DNA of 64,000 nt from Pseudomonadota bacterium (GTDB lineage: Bacteria > Pseudomonadota > Alphaproteobacteria > SHVP01), in NCBI GenBank assembly GCA_027622715.1, contig JAQBYN010000002.1, forward strand, positions 6,682 through 70,681, given 5' to 3'. The notes under the pieces were generated by a model. It did no database searches, was not told the DNA's origin, and worked only from the letters and a program-made list of their open reading frames with translations. How positions within the stretch are numbered: position 1 is the first letter of the stretch; each line of letters opens with the position of its first letter. Below are positions 47,302 to 57,817 of the stretch, piece after piece. A program made the position numbers and the translations under genes.

Positions 47302-48134
47302 CTCATGAGGCACACATTCGGGTTGTCGGCGACGACCTCGACGAACGGTCATTGGCGCTGCGGCGCCTTGTTGTGCGCGGCCTCGACGGTGGCAAACGCG
47401 GGCATATGGGATCGGCCTTCTCGCTGATTGAAATGCTGCGCGTTCTCTATGACGACATTCTGCGCTTCGACCCGAAGAACCCGACTTGGGCCGACCGCGA
47501 CCGCTGCATCTTGAGCAAAGGGCACGGCTGCCTCGCGCTCTACGCCATCCTCGCCGATAGGGGCTTCTTTCCGGCGGCCGAGCTCGACCGGTTTTGCCAA
47601 TTCGACGGCATGCTTGGCGGCCACCCCGAGCGCGCCAAAGTTCCTGGGGTCGAAGCGTCGACCGGTGCACTAGGCCACGGGTTGTCGATCGGTCTGGGAC
47701 AGGCTTTGGCAATGCGCCTGCAAAAGCGCGACTCACGCGTTTTCGTGATCATGGGCGACGGCGAAATCAACGAGGGATCGGTTTGGGAGGCTGCGCTGTG
47801 CGCAGGCAAACACCGGCTCTCGAATCTGGTGGCCATGGTCGATTACAACAAACTGCAATCCTATGACCGAACCAGCATCGTACAGGACCTTGAACCGCTT
47901 GCCGATAAATGGCGCGCGTTCGGTTTTGACGTACGCGAGGTCGACGGCCATGACGTCGATCAGTTGCACCGCGTTCTTTCTAACGTACCGTTCGATAGCG
48001 GCAAGCCGTCGGCAATCATTTGCCACACCGTGAAGGGCAGGGGCATTGCCGTGGCGGAAGGCAATCCCGAATGGCACCACAGATCCAAGATCAATGACGA
48101 CGAAGTCGCCGCCATGTACGCCGAGCTGGAGTAG
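47298..48134 (+). CDS. Transketolase N-terminal (TPP-binding) subunit
   Basis: GHMGSAFS, DRCILSKGH, STGALGHGL, GDGEINEGSVWEA...N, HTVKGRG. Confidence 0.93.
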   Translation: MTHEAHIRVVGDDLDERSLALRRLVVRGLDGGKRGHMGSAFSLIEMLRVLYDDILRFDPKNPTWADRDRCILSKGHGCLALYAILADRGFFPAAELDRFCQFDGMLGGHPERAKVPGVEASTGALGHGLSIGLGQALAMRLQKRDSRVFVIMGDGEINEGSVWEAALCAGKHRLSNLVAMVDYNKLQSYDRTSIVQDLEPLADKWRAFGFDVREVDGHDVDQLHRVLSNVPFDSGKPSAIICHTVKGRGIAVAEGNPEWHHRSKINDDEVAAMYAELE

Positions 48135-48136
48135 CT

Positions 48137-49075
48137 ATGCGTAAAACAAGCCTCGATTGCGTTTACGAACTTGCGCGGCGCGACCCACGCGTTGTGTTCA
48201 TCGGCTCCGATCTCGGTGCCGGCACGCTCGACTCGTTCAAAGAAGAGATGCCCGAGCGTTTCTTTATGGAAGGCGTGACCGAACAAAACATTATTGGCAT
48301 GGCCGCCGGCCTGGCGATGGAAGGCTACATCCCTTACGTCAACACGATCGCGACTTTCATCACCCGTCGTTGTTTCGAGCAGGTCGCGGTCGATTTGTGC
48401 CTTCATAACTTGCCGGTACGTCTCATCGGGAATGGTGGTGGTTTGGTTTACGCGCCGCTTGGGCCGACGCATCTCGCCATTGAAGACATCTCGATCATGC
48501 GGTCGCTCCCGAACATGACCGTCGTGGCGCCGGTCGATAAAGAAGAGATGGCGCGCTTTGTGCCCCAAACGCTCGATATGCCGGGTCCGGTTTACATTCG
48601 CTTGGCAAAAGGCGGCGACCCGATCGTCTCGCGCGCCGAAAATGGATTCACGGTCGGCAAGGCCATCTTGATGCGCGACCCAGGTGATATTCTGCTGGTT
48701 TCAACCGGTGTCATGACGAACCGCGCGTTGGACGCGGCGGCGGCGCTCGAAGCCACCGGCGGTCTGCGCTGCGGCGTGCTGCACATGCACACCGTTAAGC
48801 CACTAGACGACGCTGCATTGCTTGATCTTGCCGGCAAGGTCCGCGGGATTGTCACCGTGGAAGAACACACGCTGGTCGGCGGCCTAGGTAGTGCGGTCAA
48901 CGACCTACTCGGCGACCGGCTGGGCCGGCGCGCGCCGCCAGTCTTGCGTCTGGGCATTCCCGATCGATTCCCAGATAAGTACGGCACACAAGACGACCTG
49001 CTCGGCTACTACGGGCTCCAGCCCGATGCTATTGCCAGCTCCGTCAGAGAGTTTGCCTCGGTTCATCTGCGCTAG
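48137..49075 (+). CDS. Transketolase C-terminal subunit
   Basis: EQNIIGMAAGLA, GPTHLAIED, GPVYIRL, TVKPLD, TVEEH..GGLGS. Confidence 0.93.
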   Translation: MRKTSLDCVYELARRDPRVVFIGSDLGAGTLDSFKEEMPERFFMEGVTEQNIIGMAAGLAMEGYIPYVNTIATFITRRCFEQVAVDLCLHNLPVRLIGNGGGLVYAPLGPTHLAIEDISIMRSLPNMTVVAPVDKEEMARFVPQTLDMPGPVYIRLAKGGDPIVSRAENGFTVGKAILMRDPGDILLVSTGVMTNRALDAAAALEATGGLRCGVLHMHTVKPLDDAALLDLAGKVRGIVTVEEHTLVGGLGSAVNDLLGDRLGRRAPPVLRLGIPDRFPDKYGTQDDLLGYYGLQPDAIASSVREFASVHLR

Positions 49076-49136
49076 GCGCTGAATCTGGCTGGCTACGGTG
49101 GCTTCCCACCGTATATCCACGCCTTTTCACATTCTT

Positions 49137-49191
49137 GTTGCGAGTGATTATTAGTTGCGCTATCTAGGTGGCACTGCGATTGATTTGCAGT
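49137..49191. promoter_or_regulatory. Two Fur/Mur-type boxes upstream of the Fe ABC operon
   Basis: GTTGCGAGTGATTATTAGT (49137-49155) and ACTGCGATTGATTTGCAGT (49173-49191), both 7-1-7 dyads. Confidence 0.6.
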
Positions 49192-49322
49192 CGCTTGATC
49201 TAGGTCAAGTGAATAGCTCGGCCCGTCGCCTAGGTTCGGCAGATCTTTGGTGGCGCCGGTCGAATAGGTGGCCAGCTAGGAAAAACCCTCGGGCGCTGCC
49301 CGGCGGCAAAATGGAGAGATGG

Positions 49323-50372
49323 ATGTTGGGTAAGGTTTTGACGTTCTGCGCGACCGGTCTGGTCGTACTTGGTTGGATGACGGGCCTCGCGTCGAGTGCG
49401 CATGCCGCGGAGGAAGTGAACGTCTATTCCTATCGCCAGCCGTTCCTCATCCAGCCGATGTTCGATGCGTTTACACGCGAGACGGGAATCAAGGTCAACG
49501 TCGTCTTTGCTGAAACAGGTTTGGTTGAGCGGCTCAAGGCGGAAGGCCGCAACTCGCCAGCTGACTTGATCTTTACCGTCGACATCGGCCGATTGGCCGA
49601 TGCAGTCGCGGGCGGCGTAACTCAGGCGGTGCGGGACGATACCCTTGAAGGCGTCATTCCGGCGGCGATGCGCGATCCCGACGGGCACTGGTTTGGCCTG
49701 ACCCAACGCGCGCGCGTGATCTACGCCTCCAAGGAGCGCGTGCCGCTCGAAGCGGCGCGCAAACTTAGCTACGAAGATCTCGCCGATCCCAAATGGCGGG
49801 GCAAGATATGTACGCGCGCGGGCGACCATGAATACAACGTCGCGCTATTCGCCGCGATTCTTGCCAAGCACGGCGAAGAGAAGGCCAAGCTATGGCTCGC
49901 CGGGTTGCGCGATAATCTCGCACGCAAGCCGCAAGGTAACGACAGAGCCCAAGTGAAGGCGATTATGGAGGGCCAGTGCGATCTCGCGCTGGGCAATCAC
50001 TATTACTACGCCCTGATGTTGCAAAACGAAGAGCAGTTCGCCTGGGCGCAGTCGGCGCATCTCATTTTTCCCGATCAAGCCGGTGACGGTACGCACATGA
50101 ACATTTCGGGAATGGCGATGACCAAGGCCGCACCCCACCGCGAGAACGCGCTCAAGCTAATGGCCTTCCTGGTGGGCGAATTGGCGCAACGCATGTATGC
50201 CGAACAGAACAACGAGTATCCGCTACGCGCCGGCGTCGATCCCTCCGGATTGTTGGCGTCCTTCGGCGATTTCAAGCGCGCCGATCAAGCGCTGGCTGAG
50301 GTCGCCAAAATGCGCCCGGCGGCTATTAGGATGATCAACGAAGTGCACTACAACGCGGGGCCGTCCAGCTAG
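49323..50372 (+). CDS. Fe(III) ABC transporter substrate-binding protein (FutA/FbpA-like)
   Basis: Signal peptide ending AHA; VNVYSYRQ, EGRNSPAD, GLTQRARVIY, KPQGNDRAQ, GNHYYY. Confidence 0.92.
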   Translation: MLGKVLTFCATGLVVLGWMTGLASSAHAAEEVNVYSYRQPFLIQPMFDAFTRETGIKVNVVFAETGLVERLKAEGRNSPADLIFTVDIGRLADAVAGGVTQAVRDDTLEGVIPAAMRDPDGHWFGLTQRARVIYASKERVPLEAARKLSYEDLADPKWRGKICTRAGDHEYNVALFAAILAKHGEEKAKLWLAGLRDNLARKPQGNDRAQVKAIMEGQCDLALGNHYYYALMLQNEEQFAWAQSAHLIFPDQAGDGTHMNISGMAMTKAAPHRENALKLMAFLVGELAQRMYAEQNNEYPLRAGVDPSGLLASFGDFKRADQALAEVAKMRPAAIRMINEVHYNAGPSS

Positions 50373-50434
50373 GACGCCCGGCCCCGGAATTAAGACCCAA
50401 ACCCGATCACTGCAGCCACGATAAGGGGTGATAC

Positions 50435-52108
50435 GTGGCGAACGTTGAGGTTGCGCCGCGACTCGGACACCGTCGCGCCGAAGCGCTTTGGCAGGTCGGC
50501 GGCCTCCTGATTGCGCTGGCTGTCGCGCTCCCGATAGTCGCGATTGTCTGGTTGGCGGTTTTCCCGAGCGAGAACATTTGGCCCCACCTGTTCGAGACCG
50601 TCTTGTGGGATTACGTCGATAACACGGTGCGCTTGATGGTCGGCGTAGCGATCGGCAGTGCGGTGATTGGTGTTGGCACCGCGTGGCTGGTCAGCACAGC
50701 CGATTTTCCAGGTCGCCGATTGTTCCAGTGGGCACTCATGCTGCCGCTCGCCGCACCAACCTACATCGTTGCTTATGTCTACACCGACCTGCTCGAATTC
50801 GCCGGGCCGGTCCAAGGGGCTTTGCGCGAGGTCTTTGGTTGGACGTCGGCGCGCGATTATTGGTTTCCCGAAATCCGAACGGTCGGCGGTGCCATCGCGA
50901 TGATGACGCTCACGCTGTACCCCTACGTCTATCTCTTATCGCGCGCGGCGTTTCTTGAGCAGGCCGGCGTAACCCGCGAAGTCAGCCGCACCTTGGGTTC
51001 CGGCCCCTGGCGGACATTCTTGCGGGTCGCACTGCCATTGGCGCGGCCCGCAATCGTCGTCGGCGTGACCCTTGCGTTGATGGAAACCTTGAACGATTTC
51101 GGCACGGTCGATTATTTCGCCGTGCGAACGCTGACGGCGGGCGTGTTCAATGTTTGGCTGACGATGGGTAACGTTGGCGGCGGCGCCCAGATTGCGCTGG
51201 TCATGCTGGGCTTTGTGGTTCTCTTGATTTTGCTCGAGCGGCTCGAACGGCGACGGCGGCGGTACCACACGCTGGCCACCCGGCACCGGCGCGCGCGGCG
51301 CCAACGCCTTGGCTCGACGGCCCGGTGGGCCGCCTTCGCGGCATGCCTGATGCCCGTGGTTTTGGGTTTCCTTGTTCCGGGGGTCGTGTTGCTGAGGAAC
51401 GCCATCCTTTTCGCCGCCGAGTCTTGGTCTTCGCGCTTCGCCGACTTTGCCATCAATAGCCTTCTCCTGGCCGGTGGGACGGCAATCCTGTGCGTCGTTC
51501 TTGCAACTTTCTTGGCGTATGCGGTGCGCCTGCGCGGTGGTGCGTTGCTCGCCGGCGCGGCGCGATTTGCGAGCCTGGGTTATGCAATTCCTGGTGCTGT
51601 GCTGGCGCTTGGAATCCTGATTCCGTTCGGCGCTTTTGATAACGCGCTGGACAGCTGGGTTAGAGAATTATTTGGCGTCTCAACCGGACTGCTCCTGAGT
51701 GGCACGGTTGCGGCTGTCATGTTCGCCTACGTGGTCCGTTTTTTTGCACTTTCGTATGGCGCGCTCGAGTCCGGTCTGGGGCGGATCAAGCCGAACATGG
51801 AGATGGCGGCACGCACGTTGGGCGCGGGACCCACGGGGACTTTGCTTCGGGTTCATCTGCCGCTGATGAAGGGCACGCTCCTGACCGCTGCCTTACTCAT
51901 TTTCGTCGACGTGATGAAAGAATTGCCGGCCACCCTTTTGTTGCGTCCGTTCAACTTCGACACACTAGCAACCTACGTCTATCAGTTCGGCTCGTCCGAA
52001 CAGCTTGAGCTTTCCGCGCTCGGCGCGTTGACGATCGTCGCCGTCGGGTTGGTACCGGTGGTGCTCCTCAATCAAGCGGTCGCACGCGATCCGAGCGAGG
52101 TTATTTGA
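50435..52108 (+). CDS. Fe(III) ABC transporter permease (FbpB-like)
   Basis: YPYVYLL.RAAF, LPLARPA, METLNDFG, KELPATLLLRPFNFDTLA. Confidence 0.94.
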   Translation: MANVEVAPRLGHRRAEALWQVGGLLIALAVALPIVAIVWLAVFPSENIWPHLFETVLWDYVDNTVRLMVGVAIGSAVIGVGTAWLVSTADFPGRRLFQWALMLPLAAPTYIVAYVYTDLLEFAGPVQGALREVFGWTSARDYWFPEIRTVGGAIAMMTLTLYPYVYLLSRAAFLEQAGVTREVSRTLGSGPWRTFLRVALPLARPAIVVGVTLALMETLNDFGTVDYFAVRTLTAGVFNVWLTMGNVGGGAQIALVMLGFVVLLILLERLERRRRRYHTLATRHRRARRQRLGSTARWAAFAACLMPVVLGFLVPGVVLLRNAILFAAESWSSRFADFAINSLLLAGGTAILCVVLATFLAYAVRLRGGALLAGAARFASLGYAIPGAVLALGILIPFGAFDNALDSWVRELFGVSTGLLLSGTVAAVMFAYVVRFFALSYGALESGLGRIKPNMEMAARTLGAGPTGTLLRVHLPLMKGTLLTAALLIFVDVMKELPATLLLRPFNFDTLATYVYQFGSSEQLELSALGALTIVAVGLVPVVLLNQAVARDPSEVI

Positions 52109-52176
52109 CCCCGCTATCCTGCCGCAGGCCCGCGCCGTGCTACACAGGCGCACTGCCGCTCGCCGAAAGTTAGACG

Positions 52177-53220
52177 TTGCCCAATAGCGCCACACCAGTT
52201 CTGGTTTTTGAGGACGTTCGCCACCGCTACGGACGGATCGTGGCTGTCGACGGCTTTTCGTTGACCGTCGGTGCCGGCGAAGTGGTGTGCCTGGTGGGGC
52301 CGTCGGGGTGCGGCAAGTCGACCACGCTACGTTTGGCCGCGGGCTTGGAAGAACTGCAACACGGTAAGGTGAGCATCGGCGGAAACCTCGTCGCCGGCGG
52401 TGGGCGCTCAGTGCCGCCCGAGCACCGCAACACCGGCATGGTGTTCCAGGACTTTGCACTATTCCCCCACCTAAAGGTGATCGACAACATCATGTTTGGG
52501 ATGCGCGGCCGTGACGCGGCAGACAAACGCGCACGGGCCGAAAAGATTCTCGATAACATCGGCATGGCCCGATATGGGCACACATTTCCGCACGAACTAT
52601 CGGGTGGCGAGCAACAGCGGGTGGCGCTTGCGCGCGCGCTTGCGCCGCGACCGGCCCTCATGTTGATGGACGAGCCGTTCTCCGGCCTCGACACCCAATT
52701 GCGTGACACCGTGCGCGACGACACGCTCAGTATTCTCGCAGAGGCCGCGACGCCGACATTGCTGGTCACCCACGATCCGCGTGAGGCAATGCGCATGGCC
52801 GACCGGGTTGCCGTGATGCGCGGCGGGCGGTTGGTTCAGGTCGGTCCGCCGGCCGAGATCTACAGTCAACCGGCGAGCCTTTTCGTTGCCGGATTCTTCG
52901 GCCATGTGAATACGCTGAGCGGGCATGCACACGGCGGCATGGTCGAGACCGCTATGGGGAAACTACCCGCGGGCGGTTTCCCGACCGACGGCCCCGTTGC
53001 CGTCGGTATCCGCAACGAGGGGCTGGTGCTAGGCAAGACCGGACCAACCGCCACGGTCCAGAGTGCCCGTGTTCTGGGCCCCTATAGTGTTGTTGCGCTG
53101 CTCCTCGAAGGCGGTGTTCGGCTTACCGCCCATATTCCCGGCACGGCGCCACCGGCGGCAGGGGCGCGCGTGAACGTCGATTTTGACCGCGCACAGGCAT
53201 TTGTTTTCGCGAAAGAGTGA
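52177..53220 (+). CDS. Fe(III) ABC transporter ATP-binding protein (FbpC-like)
   Basis: GPSGCGKST, LSGGEQQRVALARAL, DEPFSGLD, C-terminal TOBE domain. Confidence 0.94.
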   Translation: MPNSATPVLVFEDVRHRYGRIVAVDGFSLTVGAGEVVCLVGPSGCGKSTTLRLAAGLEELQHGKVSIGGNLVAGGGRSVPPEHRNTGMVFQDFALFPHLKVIDNIMFGMRGRDAADKRARAEKILDNIGMARYGHTFPHELSGGEQQRVALARALAPRPALMLMDEPFSGLDTQLRDTVRDDTLSILAEAATPTLLVTHDPREAMRMADRVAVMRGGRLVQVGPPAEIYSQPASLFVAGFFGHVNTLSGHAHGGMVETAMGKLPAGGFPTDGPVAVGIRNEGLVLGKTGPTATVQSARVLGPYSVVALLLEGGVRLTAHIPGTAPPAAGARVNVDFDRAQAFVFAKE

Positions 53221-53349
53221 CTAAATAGATGAAATTCCAGCGCAAATCGGCGTTTGGCACGGACCCGTAGGTTTGCGCCGACTCAGCCTTTCTGCGATGA
53301 TTGGCGCAAATGGCGGCAAAACGGACCGCCTAACAGTTGGAGCTAGGAA

Positions 53350-53565
53350 ATGGGCATTAGTGTTTGGCAGATCGCCATCGTCGTCGTGCTGCTCGTGGTC
53401 CTGTTCGGCCGCGGCAAGATTTCGGGCCTGATGGGCGATATGGCCAAAGGTATCAAGAGCTTTAAGCGCGGCATGGCGGAAGACGAATCGGCTGGTGCTA
53501 AAACGATTGATGCGACCACCGAGAAGTCGGCCACGGTCGAAACAAAAGACAAAGAAACCGCGTAA
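53350..53565 (+). CDS. tatA: Twin-arginine translocase TatA
   Basis: TM helix then [19 protein letters not shown]. Confidence 0.96.
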   Translation: MGISVWQIAIVVVLLVVLFGRGKISGLMGDMAKGIKSFKRGMAEDESAGAKTIDATTEKSATVETKDKETA

Positions 53566-53624
53566 CCAGGCGCCTGCGCGCGCCGCTTGGCGGCGCCTGA
53601 ACGGGCTTACGGGGCTTCACCTCG

Positions 53625-54116
53625 ATGTTAGATATCGGTTGGACCGAAATGATCGTCGTGGTCCTGGTCCTGATCCTTGTGGTCGGGCCCAAGGACCTAC
53701 CGAAAGTCGTGCGCACCATCGGGCAATGGACTGCCAAGGCGCGCCGAATGAGCCGCGAGTTTACCAGCAGTCTGGAAGATATCGGCCGCGAGACGGAGCT
53801 TGACGATTTGCGCCGCGATCTCAACAGCATTGGCGGCAGTAGCGTCACGTCGCTCGACAACCATATCGACCCTGACGGCTCGTTGAAGAAGTCGGTCCAA
53901 TCGGATTATGCCGAGGGGAAAGCGGGTGCGGTGACTGATGCCGGCACGTCGGTCGCTCTGGGTACACCGGCTGTGGTTGACGGCGGAAGCCCTGCAAAAA
54001 TACCGGCAGACGGCGATGCGGTTGCGGCCGCCGCCGACAAAGCCGATGCCGGCGCCGGCACGGCGGACGACCAAACCATTGAGCCACCGGCGAAGGCCGG
54101 TGCGTCCGGCGCTTAA
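53625..54116 (+). CDS. tatB: Twin-arginine translocase TatB
   Basis: MLDIGWTE...VVGPKDLP. Confidence 0.95.
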   Translation: MLDIGWTEMIVVVLVLILVVGPKDLPKVVRTIGQWTAKARRMSREFTSSLEDIGRETELDDLRRDLNSIGGSSVTSLDNHIDPDGSLKKSVQSDYAEGKAGAVTDAGTSVALGTPAVVDGGSPAKIPADGDAVAAAADKADAGAGTADDQTIEPPAKAGASGA

Positions 54117-54128
54117 GCAAGTAGGCGC

Positions 54129-54947
54129 ATGGTGGCGGAACGCGCAGCTGACGAACAGGCGGAGATCGAGTCCAGCAAGGCGCCGCTGCTTGAGCATCTG
54201 ACCGAACTGCGAAAAAGGTTGATGCAGGTCGTCATCTTTTTCCTGGTGGCATTTGTCATCGCCTATGTCTTCAAGGACGCGATTTACACCTTCCTGGTGC
54301 AGCCGTATGCGGATGCGGTGCAAGGGCTAGAAGGTAAACGGCTGATCTACACCGCGTTGCAGGAGGCGTTCTTCACCTATCTTAAGGTGTCGATGTTCGC
54401 GGCTTTTTGGGTGACGTTCCCGTTCCTGGCAATGCAGATATGGAAGTTCGCGGCGCCTGGTCTGTACCGTAACGAGCGCGGTGCGTTCCTGCCGTTTCTA
54501 GTAGCAACACCCGTCTTGTTCACCGCCGGCGCGGCGTTGGTCTACTACATGATCATTCCGCTGGCGTGGCGCTTTTTTCTCGGGTTCGAGTCGCCAGGCG
54601 GCGAGGGCACGCTCCCGATCGAACTTGAGGCCAAGGTTGGCGAGTATCTGTCGCTCGTCATGAAACTGATTTTGGCATTCGGAATTGCGTTCCAGATGCC
54701 TGTGGTTCTGACGCTCCTTGCCAGGGCCGGAATCATTTCAGCCAGTTCGCTTGCCAAAAAGCGTCGCTATGCCGTTGTTATCGTGTTCGCCATTGCCGCG
54801 ATTCTGACCCCGCCAGACCTGATCAGTCAGATTGGTCTCGGGGTGCCGATGCTGCTGCTCTACGAGATTTCAATCCTATTGGCCCGTGGAGTCGAGAAGC
54901 GTCGCGCCGCGCGCGATGCGGCTGATGAGGCGGAACTGGACGATTAG
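54129..54947 (+). CDS. tatC: Twin-arginine translocase TatC
   Basis: PLLEHLTELRKRL, APGLYRNE, FGIAFQMP, LTPPD, LYE. Confidence 0.96.
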   Translation: MVAERAADEQAEIESSKAPLLEHLTELRKRLMQVVIFFLVAFVIAYVFKDAIYTFLVQPYADAVQGLEGKRLIYTALQEAFFTYLKVSMFAAFWVTFPFLAMQIWKFAAPGLYRNERGAFLPFLVATPVLFTAGAALVYYMIIPLAWRFFLGFESPGGEGTLPIELEAKVGEYLSLVMKLILAFGIAFQMPVVLTLLARAGIISASSLAKKRRYAVVIVFAIAAILTPPDLISQIGLGVPMLLLYEISILLARGVEKRRAARDAADEAELDD

Positions 54948-54959
54948 GCACGGGCCGCC

Positions 54960-54988
54960 TTTACGAGATTCGGCGCGGCCCCTATAAA
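54960..54988 (+). promoter_or_regulatory. sigma70-like promoter directly before serS (leaderless candidate)
   Basis: TTTACG-N17-TATAAA, then 7 nt to the ATG; no SD sequence. Confidence 0.5.
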
Positions 54989-54995
54989 AGCGGCC

Positions 54996-56273
54996 ATGCA
55001 CGACATTCGATTCATTCGCGAGAACCCAGCCGATTTCGATGCCGGGATGAAGCGTCGCGGGCTCGCCCCGCAGGCAGCGGCGATCCTTGCCCTCGACGAA
55101 CAACGCCGCGCCGTGCAAACGGCCCTGCAAGACGCGCAGAAGAAGCGCAACGATGCGTCCAAACTGGTGGGCAATGCCAAAGGCAGCGGCGATGACGCCG
55201 AGGCGACGCGCCTAATGGGCGAGGTTGCCGATCTCAAGACCCAAATTCAGGACAACGAAACGCGCGACCGCACGCTTGGTGAGGAATTGCACACCCTGCT
55301 CGCGGGCTTGCCCAATATTCCCGCCGCCGATGTACCCGACGGTTTGAGCGAAGACGACAACGTCGAGCTGCGCCGCTGGGGTAACAAGCCGGCGTTCGAC
55401 TTTGCCCCCAAAGATCACGTCGAACTTGGTGAAGCGCTTGGGCTGATGGATTTCGAGGCGGCGGCGCGGATGTCCGGTGCACGCTTCGTCGTGTTGAAAG
55501 GCGTGTTAGCGCGTCTTGAACGGGCGTTGGGCCAGTTCATGCTTGATATCCAGACCGGCGAAAACGGCTACACCGAGATCTCGCCGCCGTTGCTGGTGCG
55601 CGACGAGGCAGCGTTCGGCGTCGGACAGCTCCCCAAGTTTGCCGATGACCTGTTTCGGACGACAAACGATCTTTGGCTAATCTCGACCTCGGAAGTGCCG
55701 CTGTCGAATTTGGTGCGAGAACAGATCGTCGATCAGGCCGACCTCCCGATCCGGGTGACGGCACTGACGCCATGTTTTCGATCCGAAGCGGGCGCTGCAG
55801 GCAAGGATACCCGCGGCATGATTCGTCAGCATCAGTTCCACAAAGTGGAAATTGTCTCGATCGTCGCCTCGCAAACGGCTTCGGACGAACATGAACGTCT
55901 GACCAATAGCGCCGAAGAAGTACTCAAGCGGCTTGATCTACATTACCGCGTGGTCGTGCTGTGCACGGGGGACCTCGGATTTTCCAATGCGAAGACCTAC
56001 GACATTGAAGTGTGGTTGCCGGGCCAGGATAGCTTTCGTGAAATCTCGTCGTGCTCGCACTACACCGACTTTCAGGCGCGCCGCATGAACGCGCGCTACC
56101 GCGCGGCGGGCGAGAAGGGGACGCACTTCGTCCACACCCTGAACGGTTCCGGCCTCGCGGTGGGCCGTACCTTGGTCGCAGTTCTGGAAAACTACCAGCA
56201 GGCTGACGGTTCGATCATCGTACCTGATGTATTGCGGCCCTATATGCGCGGTGTCGAGGTAATCGGGCCATGA
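54996..56273 (+). CDS. serS: Seryl-tRNA synthetase
   Basis: N-terminal coiled coil; [46 protein letters not shown]. Confidence 0.98.
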   Translation: MHDIRFIRENPADFDAGMKRRGLAPQAAAILALDEQRRAVQTALQDAQKKRNDASKLVGNAKGSGDDAEATRLMGEVADLKTQIQDNETRDRTLGEELHTLLAGLPNIPAADVPDGLSEDDNVELRRWGNKPAFDFAPKDHVELGEALGLMDFEAAARMSGARFVVLKGVLARLERALGQFMLDIQTGENGYTEISPPLLVRDEAAFGVGQLPKFADDLFRTTNDLWLISTSEVPLSNLVREQIVDQADLPIRVTALTPCFRSEAGAAGKDTRGMIRQHQFHKVEIVSIVASQTASDEHERLTNSAEEVLKRLDLHYRVVVLCTGDLGFSNAKTYDIEVWLPGQDSFREISSCSHYTDFQARRMNARYRAAGEKGTHFVHTLNGSGLAVGRTLVAVLENYQQADGSIIVPDVLRPYMRGVEVIGP

Positions 56274-57040
56274 CCGTTACACCCCTGCGCATCCTCGTCA
56301 CCAATGATGACGGGATTAACGCGCCCGGTTTGAAGGTCTTGGAAAAGATCGCGCGGGCGCTGAGCGACGACATTTGGGTTGTGGCGCCCGAACACGAACA
56401 AAGCGGTGCATCGCATTCGCTGACGCTGACGGATCCGCTGCGCGTTCGTCACATCTCTAAGCGGCGATTTGCGGTCGATGGCACGCCGACCGATTGCGTT
56501 GTGATGGCAATCAACATGATCGTTGAAGGACGCAAGCCGGACCTCTTGCTATCCGGCGTCAATCGTGGCTCGAACGTGGCCGAGGACGTGACCTATTCGG
56601 GCACGGTTGCGGCGGCGATGGAGGGGACGCTGTTGGGTATCCCATCAATTGCGATGAGTCAGGTGTTTGCGCGGCCTGAACCGATCCACTGGAGTACGGC
56701 CGAAAAACACGGTCCTGGGGTGGTGCGCAAATTGCGCAAGGCGGGTTGGCCCACCGATGTCCTCATCAACGTTAATTTTCCGCCGGTCAAAGCGCATGCC
56801 GTCACCGGTACCGTCGTGACGGTTCAAGGTCGGCGCGACGTCGGCAAGATCAAAATACATGAGCGCGAGGACCCGCGCGGGGGCAACTACTATTGGCTTG
56901 GGTTCAGGCGGCAACAGGGTAAGACGGGCGCGGCCACCGATCTCGGTGCAACGATGCGTGGCCAAATCTCTGTAACGCCGTTGAAGATGAACTTCACACA
57001 CGGGGCCACCAGAAAGGCCCTGCAGGCGATCTTCAAGTGA
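56270..57040 (+). CDS. surE: 5'/3'-nucleotidase SurE
   Basis: [36 protein letters not shown]. Confidence 0.97.
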   Translation: MTVTPLRILVTNDDGINAPGLKVLEKIARALSDDIWVVAPEHEQSGASHSLTLTDPLRVRHISKRRFAVDGTPTDCVVMAINMIVEGRKPDLLLSGVNRGSNVAEDVTYSGTVAAAMEGTLLGIPSIAMSQVFARPEPIHWSTAEKHGPGVVRKLRKAGWPTDVLINVNFPPVKAHAVTGTVVTVQGRRDVGKIKIHEREDPRGGNYYWLGFRRQQGKTGAATDLGATMRGQISVTPLKMNFTHGATRKALQAIFK

Positions 57041-57702
57041 TCCAGGACGCGCGCAAGATCCGCTTGATCATGGAGCTGCGCCAGCAGGGCATTGCCGATA
57101 CCCGGGTCTTATCCGCGATCGAACGCGTCCCGCGTGAGCTTTTCGTTTCGCCGTCCTTCGTCGATCAAGCCTATGAGAACACGGCGTTGCCCATCGAAGA
57201 GGGGCAGACGATCAGCCAACCCTATGTAGTTGCCTTCATGACCCAGGCGCTGGACGTCAAACCGCGCTCGCGCGTTCTTGAGATCGGCACCGGGTCGGGC
57301 TATCAGGCCGCCGTGTTGGCGCAACTTTGCCGCCGGGTTTTCACAGTTGAGCGCTTTCGGTCGTTATTGCGCCACGCAGAAGAGAAATTCAAGAACGCGC
57401 GGATCAACAATATCGTTACGCGCCTTGGTGACGGCGCCCAGGGATGGCCGGATTTGGCGCCGTTCGACCGCATCATCGTAACCGCTGCTGCGCCGGAAGT
57501 GCCGGAAGCCCTCAAAGAACAGCTGTCCGACAATGGCGGCGTCTTAGTGATCCCGGTGGGGCGCGATTCGCAAGCCCAACAAATCGTGAGGATCGTGCGC
57601 AACGGCGACTCATATTCGACGGAGGCGCTTATTCCGGTGCGGTTTGTCCCACTAATCTCCGGCGTCGTCCGCGAGAATAGTGCGGCGGTCTCTCAGAAGT
57701 AG
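57037..57702 (+). CDS. pcm: Protein-L-isoaspartate O-methyltransferase
   Basis: GQTISQP, VLEIGTGSGYQAAVL, APFDRIIVTAAA, VRFVPL. Confidence 0.96.
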   Translation: MIQDARKIRLIMELRQQGIADTRVLSAIERVPRELFVSPSFVDQAYENTALPIEEGQTISQPYVVAFMTQALDVKPRSRVLEIGTGSGYQAAVLAQLCRRVFTVERFRSLLRHAEEKFKNARINNIVTRLGDGAQGWPDLAPFDRIIVTAAAPEVPEALKEQLSDNGGVLVIPVGRDSQAQQIVRIVRNGDSYSTEALIPVRFVPLISGVVRENSAAVSQK

Positions 57703-57817
57703 AAGGCGCCGCGAGCGACGGGCGTCACACCCGCTGACCATTGGACATCGCCAAACGCATCTGCATCGGGATAGACTCCGGTTTTTCCGGCTTTGATCTC
57801 TTGGGGGAGCCACGGCC

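Noticed and set aside
47298-49075. Split transketolase as a broken gene
   Set aside because: Two-subunit transketolases are common in glycan clusters, and both halves have intact motifs and starts.
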